Shown here piece after piece: positions 40,545-53,869 of a stretch of 64,000 nt of DNA. The notes under the pieces are model-generated. The model was not told the DNA's origin. It ran no database searches and was given only the letters and a program-made list of their open reading frames with translations. Where the stretch lies: assembly GCA_964016885.1 (NCBI GenBank), contig OZ024740.1, forward strand, positions 121,644,001 to 121,708,000, given 5' to 3'. Each line of letters begins with the position of its first letter. Position 1 is the stretch's first letter. This stretch comes from Eledone cirrhosa (taxonomy: Eukaryota). Both the position numbers and the translations under genes were made by a program.

Positions 40545-41565
40545 GTGAGGTTTTTTTTACAAAATGAAAAATAACCGAGGTGTCCTACACGAGTGAAAGT
40601 ATAAGGAAAAAAAGATGAAATCGAAAATGCAGCTGCAGTCTTATTTTTTAAAAAAATATATGTATTTATTTGGTTCCTTTGCCGGTGTCGCAGTTCTTCT
40701 GCTTTTCAAAAGTAGAATTGAGATGGCCGGTCTGTGGTTTTTCTTATAACTGGTTGGTCTCTGAATGAAGGTCTCTGAATTATAGTCTCTGAATTATATG
40801 GAAAAAGTGGCTCGAAATGCCAGGTTTTTCGAGAAGTAATTTGATTGGTTGGTCAATAATTATAATAAATTTCGCGCCAGTTCGCGTTACAAAGTTCTTC
40901 AAAAAAGTAGTGGGGGGTGTCACAGGTTTTTTTTTTTCATATATGCGTGTTTGAATTTCTTTTTACTTAAAAGAAGGGGGCTCACGGATGCTTTTTTTAA
41001 TAAACGTAATTTGAATGGTTATAAATGAAATTATGGCTGTCACGTGAACAAGATTTCATTAAATTTTCGCACCCATATTTGGAAATCTATTCTGTAGCTG
41101 TTTAGAGAATTTTATGACAAGCAAAAGATAATGGTCAAGAGAAATTGGATGGGAAAATTGTTCTGGTTCAGTGAATATGGTTAGTTCGCTGGGGCGTCAG
41201 AATTCAGATTTTCTATTGAATAAAGAAAGTAAAGATATGTATGTTTATTTATACGTGTGTGTGCGTGTGTGTGTTGTGTGTGTGTGTGTGTGTATATTGG
41301 AAGATGATTCTATTAGTAAACATGAGGGAGGGAGATGTGTGCGTGTGTATATGGGTGTTATGTGTGTGTGGGAGGGGGGAGTATGTTAAGATGGAGAGAA
41401 TATATATATTTTGTGTGTGTGTATATATGTGTGTAGGAAAGTGATTTTATTAGTATAAATGGGGGAGGGAGTTGTGTGTGGGGGGTGGGGGTTGTTATGT
41501 GTGTGTATGGGTGTTATGTGTGTGTGAGTATGTTTAGCATGTTAAGATGAAGAGCATATATATAT

Positions 41566-41603
<38 letters not shown>

Positions 41604-44600
41604 TGTGTGTGTGTGTGTGTGCGTGTGTAGGAAAATGATTCCTTTAGTAGGTATATTTTTGAATGAACATATTTTCCTTACTTATTCGTATTTGTTCTGT
41701 TGTATTGTCAGTGCAAACTTATGTTAAGGTTTATTTAGTTCGGGTTTTTATTTTCTAAAGTAGAAGGTGTTATGTGTGTGTGTATGTGTCTGTTTGGATG
41801 GTTAGCATGTCATGGTGTTGACATAATGTATATTAAACCATATTTAATGCTGGTCTATATTTTTGAATAAACATATTTTCCTTAATTATTCGTATTTGTT
41901 CTGTTGTATTGTTAGTGCAAAGGTAAACTGGGAGGACTTGGAATGTGGGTGTCTTATTACTTGCGCATATGTCTAGATATGCGCTTAGTGGTATCTGTCT
42001 CGTGGTTGGATCTCGTAATTGTTGGCGATGAACTGTCATTCTGTTTCTGAGTGTGAGTTTAGTTTGTCCTATATAATATTCATTGCATCCTTTACATTTA
42101 ATTGCATGAATTAGATTTTTTGATGAGCAAGTGAAGTGATTTTTTACAGTAAAATGTTGTCCTGATTTAAATGTATACGTGTTGCCTTCAATGAGGTGAG
42201 TGCAGGTTCCAGAATTAGTGCGACCACATTTTTTGACACTTGGTTGTGGGTTTGTGGTAGGTTATTTGGCATTGGTGAGTAATGTTTGCAGTGATGTCGG
42301 TTATCTTTTGCTTTTGATTATATTGTGTGTTTCAAGGGCTTCTTTCATTCTTGGGTTTCGTTTTAGTAGTGGGATGTTCTTGTGAATAGTGTTGTAAGCT
42401 TCCGCATTTCTTGGGTTGTGTGTTGAGATATATGATATAATATTGGAGGTACCGTGAATTGGTTTCTGTTTTCGTAATTAATCAATGCCTATTGTTTTAT
42501 CCCTTTCTATTCCATTATTTATTAGTAATGGTGGGTACTCTCTTTCGAGTAGAATTTCTTTTAATTCTTGAAGTCTTTTATCTCGCGTTTTATAATTGGA
42601 GACAATTGTGCAAATTCTTCTTGCTAGGTTAAAAAGGAATGTTCGTCTTCGTGTGCTTTGGATGGTTGGAGCTGAATAGCAGGTATTGTTTGGAATCTGT
42701 TGGTTTGTAGTGTATGTCAGTTTCAATATTTGTGTCTGTTTTTAAGATTAAGATGTCCAGAAATGGGAGTTGATCTTGGCTGTATTCCATTGTGAATTGG
42801 ATGTGGTTATTGATGCCGTGTATTAAGTTTTTGAAATCCTTCAGTTGGTCGAGTGAGCAAGACCAAAGAATGAGACAATCATCCAAGTAGCGTTTCTAAT
42901 TCTCTAATAAATATTTGTGGAAGTTCAATCCGTATTTTGATTTGGACTGTTCATATATCTGGACTTCTAAGTATGTCATGACTAATTTGGCATAAGTTGG
43001 AGCGGCTTTTGTACCCATGTAACTACTGCCATCGAAATCAAAAAAGTTGTTCTGTAAGATGAATTTTAATCCCTCGGTGATGAAGCTTTTTTCTATTCTG
43101 CCATGTATCTCATTGGGATATTTCTCTAGCCAGAATCCTATTGCTTCTAGTCTGAATTGGTGTGAGATCGTTGTGTAGAGATTCACTACATCGAAAGACA
43201 GAATAATAGTGTCGTTGTTGACATGTTTGGGGAGGTGGTTTAAGAGGTCCAGATCGTCTCTTACAAGGCTTGGTATGTGTTTGAGAATTGGTTTTAGTAG
43301 TATGTCTATAAAGTTGCTCAGTCTGTGTGTTTCACATTGTGGGCTCACTACAATTGGTCTTAATTTAAGCTATGTGGGGTATTGTGTGTTCACGCAGGCT
43401 GAGGTGGATTCTTTACAGGTATCGTTAATTATTTTACACATGTGGATCTTCGGAAGTCCGTAAAGGTTGCTGGTTTTGTATTCAAAATGTGTTAAATAAT
43501 CGCGTTCCTTTTTTGTTAGGTCTTCCTGGTATCGATAAATCAGAGTGTTTAATCTGGTCATTATTTTTGATTGCTGGTAGTTTTTTACTATTTCATAGTA
43601 ATTAGTATTTTGTAAGAGAGAGAACATAGAATTTTTATATTTTTCAGCCTCCATAATGACAACAGCACCTCCCTTGTCCGCTTCCTTAATTATAATGTCC
43701 GTATTGTTTTTTAGTTCATGGATAATCTCCCATTTCCTTCGACTCGTGTTGGGTTTGGGTTTAGGTTGCGGTAGTTCATGGTATGGGAAAGTAGCTATGT
43801 GGTCAAAACATTTGTCCAGAACTCTGTTTCTACTTTTGTTTGGTTGTAGCTGCTTTTATTCCGTACAATTGATTCGTCGTTATTCTCCTTATCAAAGAAT
43901 TCCTCTGTGAGACGTAATTTTCTACAGAAGAGTGAGATATCGTCATTTATCTCTTTGGGGTTAGAGTATTGTGGTGTTGGTGTGATTTTCAGTCCTTTGG
44001 AGATAACATTTACTTGTTGGGCTGAGAGGTTTGTATATGAAAGGTTGATTATTTTCGATTTTTCAAAATCGGTTTGTGCCACCGGGTGTCGTGGGTCCTG
44101 TAGCCTTGGTCTGAAAAAATGATTTTTCTGGAATGTTTTTTTTCAATGGTATTATTATATCTAATGGTATTTCCCCTGTTGTTGTGTGGTCTTGTATAGA
44201 AGTTTCGGGGGGTATTGAGGTTTGGTTTGTTGATAGTCCGGGTTGTAGATTTTGTTCCTTTGTGTGGGTTGGGATCAACGGTTTTGGAACAGGTTCTGTG
44301 TGGGCAGGGGTCTACGGTTTTGGAATAGGTTTTTTGTGGGTTGTATCTGCAGATCGAGTCCTGTCTTGTGTTCGGGGATCTTCGGTTTTTGTTAGTAGGG
44401 TTATAGTTTTGTCTATGGTTTCTGGGATTATCGTTATAGTTTTCTGGGGGTATGTTGGACGTTTTGTTACTTTTTTTATTATTTGTTGTGCATGTTTTGT
44501 TACTTTTTTTGTTATTTGTTGTGCATGTGGTGTGTGAGTTTTAGTTTGTTTTAAAAATGGGTTACCTGTATGTTGTTCATAATTGAAGTCCATTTCGTAG

Positions 44601-45040
44601 TTGTTGAACCAGGTGGCGTTTTTTCCCCATCGCTGGAGGGATGTTAGTTCTTCATCCTCACAGTTTTCTTTCCAAAGTTTTAAGGTATTTTCGTAGAGTA
44701 GGCCTTCAGAGTGCTTTGAGATTTCTGTGTCCATCTGTTGGTCGAGTGACTTGAATTTTTCTTCGTGGAGTTGGCTCTTAATCGCAACAGTTCTATTTCT
44801 ATTTTAAATTTTTCTAACGCCAACTTTTCCCTAAGTCTTTGTTGGTTTTCTGGATCATTTGGGATGGGTTTTATTTGGAGTTTTTTGGGAAGGATTATTG
44901 GGGTAAAGTTTAGCCAATTTTCATATATGATTGCCTTGGCATTATTTTTTAGGAGATTCCAAAGGGCAAATTTGCGGGCTGTGAGCTTTTGAGTCCATAT
45001 TTTGATTAGGGTGTTTTTCACTGAGTGGACATGACGTAGA
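40540..45040 (-). mobile_element. Penelope-like element (Neptune-like RT + GIY-YIG), long degraded copy
   Basis: IINLS..KGLKITPTP, EADKGGAVVIM, YGLPKIH, LSFDVVNLYT, MGTKAAPTYA, RYLDD, LPFLD, Cys-rich linker, then FTCSSKNLIHAIKCKGCNEYYIGQT, ending PALNMV at 41833. 3' region extends to (TA)n at ~40540. Confidence 0.88.
40677..40712 (-). ncRNA. Degenerate hammerhead in the Neptune-like 3' region
   Basis: Minus strand: CUU-UUGAAAA-GCAG(AAGAA)CUGC-GAcA-CCGG-cA^AAG. Two core substitutions (A14C, U16.1C). Confidence 0.5.
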
Positions 45041-45049
45041 TTAGGTTCT

Positions 45050-48040
45050 AAAGGTAACAAACGTAAAAAAAGTCCAACAAAAGTAACAAAAAGTCTTACA
45101 TACCCACAGCAAACTATAACGATAATCAAATACAAACCTCTCAGGCCAACAAGTAAGAATTCTCTCCAAAGGACTGAAATTCACACCAACACAACAATAC
45201 TCTAACCCTAATGAGATAAATGAGGATATCTCACACTTCTGAAGAAAATTACGTCTCACAGAGGAATTCTTTGATAAGGAGAATAACGACGAATCAATTG
45301 TACGGAATAAAAGCAGCTACAACCAAACAAAAGGTAGAAACAGATTTCTGGACACATTTTGTGAACACATAGCTACTTTCCCATACCATGAACTACCGCA
45401 ACCTAAACCCAAACCCAACACGAGTCGAAGAGAATGGGAGATTCTCCATGAACTAAAAAATAATACGGACATTAAAATTAAGGAAGCGGACAAGGGAAGC
45501 ACTGTTGTCATTATGGAGGCTGAAAAATATAAAAATTCTATGTTCTCTCTCTTACAAAATACTAATTACTATGAAAGAGTAAAAAACTACCAGCAATCAA
45601 AAACAATGATCAGATTAAACACACTGATTTATCGATACCAGGAAGACCTAACTAAAAAGGAACGTGATTATTTAACACACTTTGAATACAAAACCAGCAG
45701 CTTTTGCGCACTTCCGAAGATCCACAAGTGTAAAATAATTAACGATGCCTGTAAAGAATCCACCTCAGCCTGCGTGAACACACAATACCACACATACCTT
45801 AAATTAGGATCAATTATAGCGGGCCCACAATCTGAAACACACAGACTGAGCAACTTTATAGACATACTACTAAAACCAATTCTTCCACAAATATTTATCA
45901 GAGAATTGGAAACGCTACTTGGATGATTGTCTCATTCTTTGTACCCACACACTTGACGAATTGAAGGATTTCAAAAACGTAATAAACGGCGTCATAAACC
46001 ACATCCAATTCACAATGGAATACAGCGAAGATCAACTCCCATTTCTGGACATCTTAATCCTAAAAAATACACAAATATTGAAACTGAGATACACTACAAA
46101 CCAACAGATTCCAAACAATACCTGCTATTCACCTCCAACCATCCAAATCACACGAAGTCGAACATTCCTTTTAACCTAGCAAGAAGAATTTGCACAATTG
46201 TCTCCAATTATGAAACGCGAAATAAAAGACTTTAAGAATTAAAGGAAATTCTACTCGAAAGAGATTATCCACCATTACTAATAAATAATGGAATAGAAAG
46301 GGCTAAGGCAATAGGCATTGATGAATTACAAAAACAGAAACAAATTCAATGTACGTCCGATATTCTATCATATATCTCAACACACAACCCAAGAAATGCG
46401 GAAACTTACAACACTATTCACAAGAACATCGCACTACTAAAACAAAACCCAATAATGAAAAAAGCCCTCGAAACACACAAAATAATCAAAAGCAAAAGAC
46501 AACCGAAATCACTGAAAACATTACTCACCAATGCCAAATTACCTACCACAAACCCACAACCAAGTGTCAAATAATGTGGTCGCTCTAATTGTGGAACCTG
46601 CACTCACCTCATTGAAGGCAACACGTATACATTTAAATCAGGACAAATTTTTTCTGTAAAAAATCACTTCACTTGCTCATCAAAAAGTCTACTTTATGCA
46701 ATTAAATGTAAAGGATGCAATGAAGATTATATAGGACAAACTAAACTCGCACTCAGAAACAGAATGAGAGTTCATCGCCAACAATTACCAGATCCAACCA
46801 CGAGACAGATACCACTAAGCGCATATCTAGACATATGCGCAAGTAATAAGACACCCAAATTCCAAGTCTTCCCATTTTATCTTTGCGCTAACAATACAAC
46901 AGAACAAATACGAATAAATAGGGAAAATATGTTTATTCAAAAATATAGACCAGCATTAAATATGGTTTAATATACATTATGTCAACACCATAACATGCTA
47001 ACCATCCAAACAGACACATACACACACCCATAACACCTTCTTTTTTAGAAAATAAAAACCCGAACTAAATAAACCTTAACGTACGTTTGCAGTGACTATA
47101 CAACATAACAAATACGAATAAGGAAGGAAAATATGTTCATTTCAAAATATTCCTACTAAAGGAATCATTTTCCTACACACACACTCACACACACACAGTA
47201 TATATATATGCTCTTCATCTTAACATTCTAACCATACTCCCACACACATAACACCCATACACACACATAACAACCCCCACCCCATACACAACTCCCTCCC
47301 CCATTTCTACTAATAGAATCACTTTCCTACACACATATATACACACAACATACATATATTCTCTCCATCTTAACATACCCCCCCCACACACACATAACAC
47401 CCATACACACACACACAACTCCCTCCCTCATTTCTACTAATAGAATCATCTTCCAATACACACACGCACACATGCACACACACACAACACACACACACAT
47501 ACACACACACACACACATAAACAAAGATATCTTTACTTTCTTTATTCAATAGAAAATCTGAATTCTGACACCCCAGCGAACTAACCATATTCACTGAAGT
47601 AGAACAATTCCCTCATCCAATTTGTCTTGACCATTATCTTTTGCTTGTCATAAAATTCTCTAAAAAGGCTACAGAATAGATTTCCCAATCATGGCGCGAA
47701 AATTTAATGAAAACTTGTTCACGTGACAGCCATAATTTAATTTATAAAAAATCAAATTACGTTTATTAAAAAAAAAGCCTTCGTGAGCCCCCTTTTTTTT
47801 AAGTAAAAAGAAATTCAAACACTCATATAGGAAAAAACAACATGTGACACCCCCCACTACTTGTTTGAAGAACTTTGTAACGCGAAGTGGCGCGAAATTT
47901 ATTATAATTATTGACATACCAATCAAATTAATTCTCGAAAAACCTGGCATTTCGAGCCACTTTTTCCATATAAAACAAGTAACATTCAGAGACCAACCAA
48001 CTGTGAGAAAAACCACAGACCCTCCATCTCAATTCTACTT
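45050..48040 (+). mobile_element. Inverted second copy of the Neptune-like element with two internal deletions
   Basis: ORFs 45513-45926, 45919-46179 and 46764-46970 mirror 43370-43654, 42629-42886 and 41833-42039. RT core deleted near 45882. 3' region mirrors 40711-41830. Confidence 0.88.
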
Positions 48041-48139
48041 CTGGTTTTATAATTTCACAAATTGTTGCCAATAGAGGGAGAGACTCGGTTTCTTACATAG
48101 ACAAAATACTCTCCCATTGGAATTTAATCAACATCAACT

Positions 48140-49302
48140 AGGTAGATATGTATGCTTGCATGCATGTGTAGATATGGATGTTATTGTATGTGTGGATTTG
48201 TATGCTTTGAGTTGTATGTGTGCATGCTTAGTATCTGTACATGTTTATATGCAATTATTAGATGCAAATCTTTGGAATGTTTTACATATTTTCATTGTTC
48301 CATGAAAGGATTGCACTTGTAATTTCGTAACTAGTTGTGTTCTTTCTGTTCCTGTGAAGCCTAGCTCCTCAAGATTTGTATAGAGGCAGTTAATAACATA
48401 TCCCAGTGCCCCAATAAACACAGGCATCACTCTGAATGTATAATCAGGGTGCAGTGTCTGCAGATTTCTCATCAGTTCTTCATAAATATTCTCCTTTTCT
48501 CTAATCTCTGTTAGTATATTGGCATCTGCTGGACAGCTAACTTCCGCATGCCTTCTTTTCCCTGACCCATATCATAATATGTGGTCTGTTATGCCTGCAT
48601 CTTATTGGGATTTTTACTGGAACATTCCACCAGTACTCTTTCATATTATGTATATGTATGTCTTCCACATTGTTGTAACTTTTAATGTCTTTATTATCGG
48701 GGCTCTCTTTTCTACGGATTGCATTGTACAGTGTTTTGGCCACTACATCATGCCTCATGATAGTACCGCGAGGTAGATAGTACCGCGATGACATCTTTGA
48801 GCAGCTGCTTATGACATGGGTGACATCTTCGATGTTAATTCTGCAGAGACTGCACTTGTTATCACATCTAGGTGTTTTGCCTGCATCCCTATCTCTCTCT
48901 TTTGTGAATCATGTATTTCCTATTGATTTGCTGTTCTTGGATTGCAAAAGCGTATCCTTCAAAGTGGGAGCCAATATAGCGGTTGTTGCTCCAAGATAGA
49001 ATACTTTCTTTATCTATATTACTCTCACTCTGGAGCTTCCTGGCAACATATCCATGCATGATTTTTGCTGATAAGCATGCAGTTTTTCATCCATGGATTC
49101 ACAGCGATACTGCTGAGCAACTTTGATGGGTATGAGATTTTGATGATCACACAGGGAATACCTCTCGAGGAATTCCTTCCCAACTCTCATGATCTTATCT
49201 GTTTCATGCAGATACACCTGCTCGAGAGACAAGCTCCTACGGTTTGAGCTTCGTAGACGTCGGAGTGATATGATGCAACATTCAAATGCTGTCTGAACTG
49301 AG
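48140..49302 (-). mobile_element. R4-clade LINE family D, 5'-truncated 3' fragment (CCHC + RLE)
   Basis: CSLCRINIEDVTHVISSC, RHDVVAKTLY, RHNRPHIMIW, MPVFIGALGYV. Abuts (ATGT)n at 49303. Confidence 0.75.
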
Positions 49303-49500
49303 ATGTATGTATGTATGTATGTATGTATGTATGTATGTATGTATGTATGTATGTATGTATGTGTGTGTGTATGTATGTATGTATGTATGTATGTATGTAT
49401 GTATGTATGTATGTATGTATGTATGTATCTATGTATGTATGTATGTATGTATGTATTTATGAATGCATGTATGTACGTGTGTGTATGTGTGTGTGTGTGT
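49303..49500. repeat. (ATGT)n microsatellite
   Basis: Directly visible. Confidence 0.95.
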
Positions 49501-49804
49501 CTGTGACTGTGTATAGAAAAAGTTAGATAATGTTTGAAAATCCGGTACAATGCTGCAGAAAAAATGAAGGGCAAATGATGACAAATAAAACAATGCAAAT
49601 TAATGTTTTACCCATTGTAATCTAGCATATTTCATTTTGCTATTCAGCTTACTATATATCGGGCTATATTGTATTCTGGAAGTTACATTGTTATTTCCTT
49701 ATTGATCTCTGATGTTATCTGAATGTGGACGTCTAGAAATAGAGATTACCCGAACGGAATTGTCGGGTTTAAATATAGTAACCATTATGTTGATGATGAT
49801 GATG

Positions 49805-49887
<83 letters not shown>
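49805..49887 (+). repeat. (AAT)n microsatellite
   Basis: Directly visible; forms the 5' flank of a Dong-B copy. Confidence 0.97.
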
Positions 49888-49888
<1 letters not shown>

Positions 49889-52800
49889 TACTGCTGGCTG
49901 CCACTTCCACATTATAGAATTCCTACTACTAACAAAGAGGAAGGCATCAAAATATATAGATAGACTCAAAAGAAAAAAGAAAAAACAAACAACAAAAGCA
50001 GCACAGCAACAACAGCAAAAAACGAGAAAAACAAACAGAGAAAAACAAAAACAAAAAAAGAAACCCCAAAAACGTAAAGAAAGTAAGAATGAAGAGAGAA
50101 GCAGGCGGACGGACAGAGAAGAGGGGGGAAAAAGTAAAACTTAAAAAACAAAAACTAAGTCAGACATTCGAATACTACATTACAATGAAACTTATGCTTA
50201 TTCATTTTTGGGGCCCTTTCTGCCCGTGTGTTTGTTTGTTTATGTGTGTCCGTATACAGCGTGGTGATAATGCCACACAAGGGCCAAGTGGGATGGCGGA
50301 TCCACAGATGGCTATGTAAAGATACATTCGCCAATCCTCGATAAGAGTGTTTAAATATCGAACATAAACAGTTCGAATAACGGTGAAATGGAGACTAGAA
50401 CGTCATGTGACAGACTCTCACCCAACAGGTGCCCCCTGGCTCAGCAGCAGGAACCTGACTGTCAACCAAATACTGCTGATGTTGGAGGAAGAAGAAGAAG
50501 GAAAGGGGCCAGAACCAACTGGACGAAAGAATTGAATAGAACTGTTATGCAATGCTACCTGAAAAGTAACCCCAAGGAGAGGGGCTACAGGAGACGGATG
50601 CATAACATCTGGAACGAGATTGGTTTATTTAAATTAGATGAACAAAAATTGGCCGGGCAGGCTCGGGTAATAAGAACTAATGGGTGGATAAGCGAGCTGG
50701 AACTGGAGGAACTGAACAGAGAGAATGGCTTGGAGATGGCGGGTGTAGTATGCCAGACAAGCGAGCCGGCGGGAAATGAAGGTGAGGAGGTCCTGAGAAC
50801 GGAGGAACCACCCGAAGCAGACAATGATCTGAATACTGAGATACATAATACCTGGAACAGAGATACGGCCACTGAGGAGATGAATGCTGACGGGCTAGGA
50901 CAAGATTCGGTTGACATCCTAAATTTAGTGGTAGATGAGTTGAACAATGATAGTGGGAGACCTATGAACCTAAGATTTGTAGACAGGAAAAAGTTAGAAG
51001 AAACAACAGCTAAGGTAAACAAAGTCATCCCATACCTTGAGGCGAGGAGTCTTCACCAGTGCAACAATATCCTCAAAGCAACAGCAAATACGGTGAGGAA
51101 ACTACTTGGTATAAAAGCGAGAGGAAACAACAGACAAGAAAGAGCAGAGCCGTGGTGGAAGAAGCGACTGAGTGGGCAAATCGGGGAAATGAGAAATGAC
51201 ATAGGAAAGCTTGAGTCACTACTGAATGGGACACTAAAAAACATAGGCACTAAAAATAGACTGGAAATAAAATACAAAACTAGGAGTAAAAAGCTAAATA
51301 TTATCATAGAGGAATTGAAGCAACGCATTGTAGCAAAGAGTGCCAAAATCAGGCGATACGAGAACAGAGTCAGTCAGTATAAACAGAACCGCATGTTCGA
51401 CAACAACCAGAAGATGCTGTTTGGACAGCTTGAGGGGAACGAAAGAGGCAACGACTTGATCTCTGGGGCGGAACAAGCTAAAACATTCTGGAGAGGAATA
51501 TGGGAGCAGGATGTTAGACACAATGCCCAGGCAGGGTGGATTGAGACAGTACAGAGGGAGATCGGTGAGCAGGCACAGCAACAGACTGATTTGAGTATTA
51601 CAGTTGAAACTCTTAAGGGGCAAGCCAAAAAACTAACCAACTGGAAATCACCAGGCCCAGATGGTGTGCAGGGGTATTGGATTAAACATTTAACATCCCT
51701 CCACCCGAAGCTGACGGCCATGTTCAATGACTGCTTGGTGTCGGGTGAGGTGCCAGAGTAGTTGACAAAAGGTACCACAGTTCTGATAATGAAAGAGCGA
51801 ATCAAGGGTAATGATGTTACCAACTATAGACCTATCACATGTCTGCCCGTAATGAGGAATCTGTTGACGAGCATTGTGTCTGAGGAAATCTACCATCACC
51901 TCCACACAAACAACTTGTTGCCGGACGAACAGAAAGGATGCCGAAAGAAGTCACGTGGTACAAAGGACCAGTTGCTTATTGATAAGATGGTAATGGGGAA
52001 TTGCAGGAGGAGACACACTGATCTTGCCATGGGATGGATAGACTACAGAAAGGCATTTGACATGGTGCCTCATTACTGGATCACCAAAAGCCTGGAGATC
52101 TTCAGGGTGGCAGATAACATCAGACAGTTGCTGGGCAGGAGTATGGGGTCCTGGGAGACAGAGTTGACATCAACTGGAGTATCCTTGGGAAGCGTGAAGA
52201 TCAAGAGAGGTATCTTCCAGGGAGATAGCCTGTCCCCTCTGTTGTTTGTCCTTGCCCTGATGCCCTTGACCATTATGCTGCGAAAAGTGAGAGCAGGATA
52301 CAAGTTGGGAAGGGGAGAGCTTACCATCAATCACCTCCTCTTCATGGACGATCTTAAGCTCTTCGGGAAAAGTGAGAAGGAGTTGGATGTGCTTGTTGAC
52401 ACTGTCCGTATTTTCAGCAGTGATATATGTATGCAGTTTGGTATTGGTAAATGTGGAGTCATTGTGATGAGGAGGGGTAGGTTTAGCAGAAGTAACGGGA
52501 TCCAGATACCAACAGGTGAGATGATAAAGGAAATTGACTCTGAGGAAGGATACAAGTATTTGGGCGTTCTGGAGGCTGATGGCATAAAGAACAAAAAAAT
52601 GAAGGAATTGTTAAGAACTGAATACATTCGGAGAGTAAGGAGCGTATTGAAGTCACATCTGAACAGCAGAAATGCCATAAGCGCAGTAAATTCCCGAGCT
52701 GTGTCTATTACTAGGTACAGTGCGGGAATTCTGAGATGGAATGTTGCTGAACAAAAAGAAATGGATAGGAAGACTAGGAAGCTATTGACTATCTACAACA

Positions 52801-53836
52801 TGTTCCACAAGAGGAGTGATGTCGATAGACTCTACCTAAGGAGATCTGAGGGTGGAAGAGGTCTTATCAGCATAGAGGACTGTGTTCAGATGGAGAAAAA
52901 CAACCTATACAAATACGTGACCTATAGTAAGGAGCCAATGCTCAGAGCTGTACTGAAGGAGGGGACAGTAGGCCAGGGGATATCCAAGGAGGAAATAACA
53001 TCAAGGAGGAAGAGCAGCCTTAAGGGAAAATCCCTTCATAGTACCTTCTTTGAGAAAACTGAATTTAGAGATCCACAGACATGGAACTGGTTGAGAAGAG
53101 GAGACCTCAAAAAGGCTACAGAAGGAATGCTAATGGCTGCGCAGGAGCAGGCCCTCAAAACGAAGTGGTTGAAGCACCATATCTACAAGGAGGAGGCTAG
53201 CCCACTGTGCAGGATCTGTGGAGAGAGAGAGGAGACTGTGGCTCACATTGTGTCCGACCCACTATAATGGCTGGAGACACGATGTGATGGGCAGGGTGAT
53301 CCACTGGCACCTGTGCAAAGTAAACAATCTACCACATTCTGAGAAATGGTATGAGCATAGGCCAGAGGCGGTGATGGAGAACAGTCAGGTGAAGGTGCTG
53401 TGGGATTTTAGGATACAGACGGACAAAAAACTGGAACACAATAGACCTGACCTGGTGGTTGTGGACAAAGAAAAAAGATCGTGCCTGATTGTGGATGTGG
53501 CCTGCCCGTTCGACACGAGAGTGCAGGAGAAGGAGAGGGAGAAAATTAACCGATACCAGGACCTAAAGTGGGAGGTGAAAAGGATTTGGAACTGCCATGA
53601 AGTCAAAGTGATCCCGATTGTCATAGGCGCACTGGGGACTATCTCCAAAGGTTTCCAGGGATGGTTAAAGAAAATCGGCCCCTTCACGCTTTTTGGAACG
53701 CTTCAAAAGGCATGCTTGCTTGGAACGGCAAGAACCCTCCGATACGTCCTGAATATCTGAGGCTGCAGGTAGTGGCTTGATATTCAATCCAACGGACTTT
53801 CCAGTTAACCAACATCAATGACTGAGATTCAAGGAA
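49888..53836 (+). mobile_element. R4/Dong family B, complete ORF region with partial 5' UTR
   Basis: Between (AAT)n tracts. 3' UTR 53761-53836 matches 991-1066 and 18971-19043. Confidence 0.92.
50388..53760 (+). pseudogene. Dong-B polyprotein (RT, CCHC, PD-(D/E)xK RLE), one nonsense codon and one frameshifting deletion
   Basis: 50388-51761 and 51762-53267 are in frame across TAG (TGG in the other copy). A small deletion near 53255 shifts to 53218-53760. Motifs DYRKAFD, QGDSLSP, FMDDLK, RHD, RPDL, DVACP. Confidence 0.92.
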
Positions 53837-53869
53837 TAACAATAACAATAATAATAATAATAATAAAAA

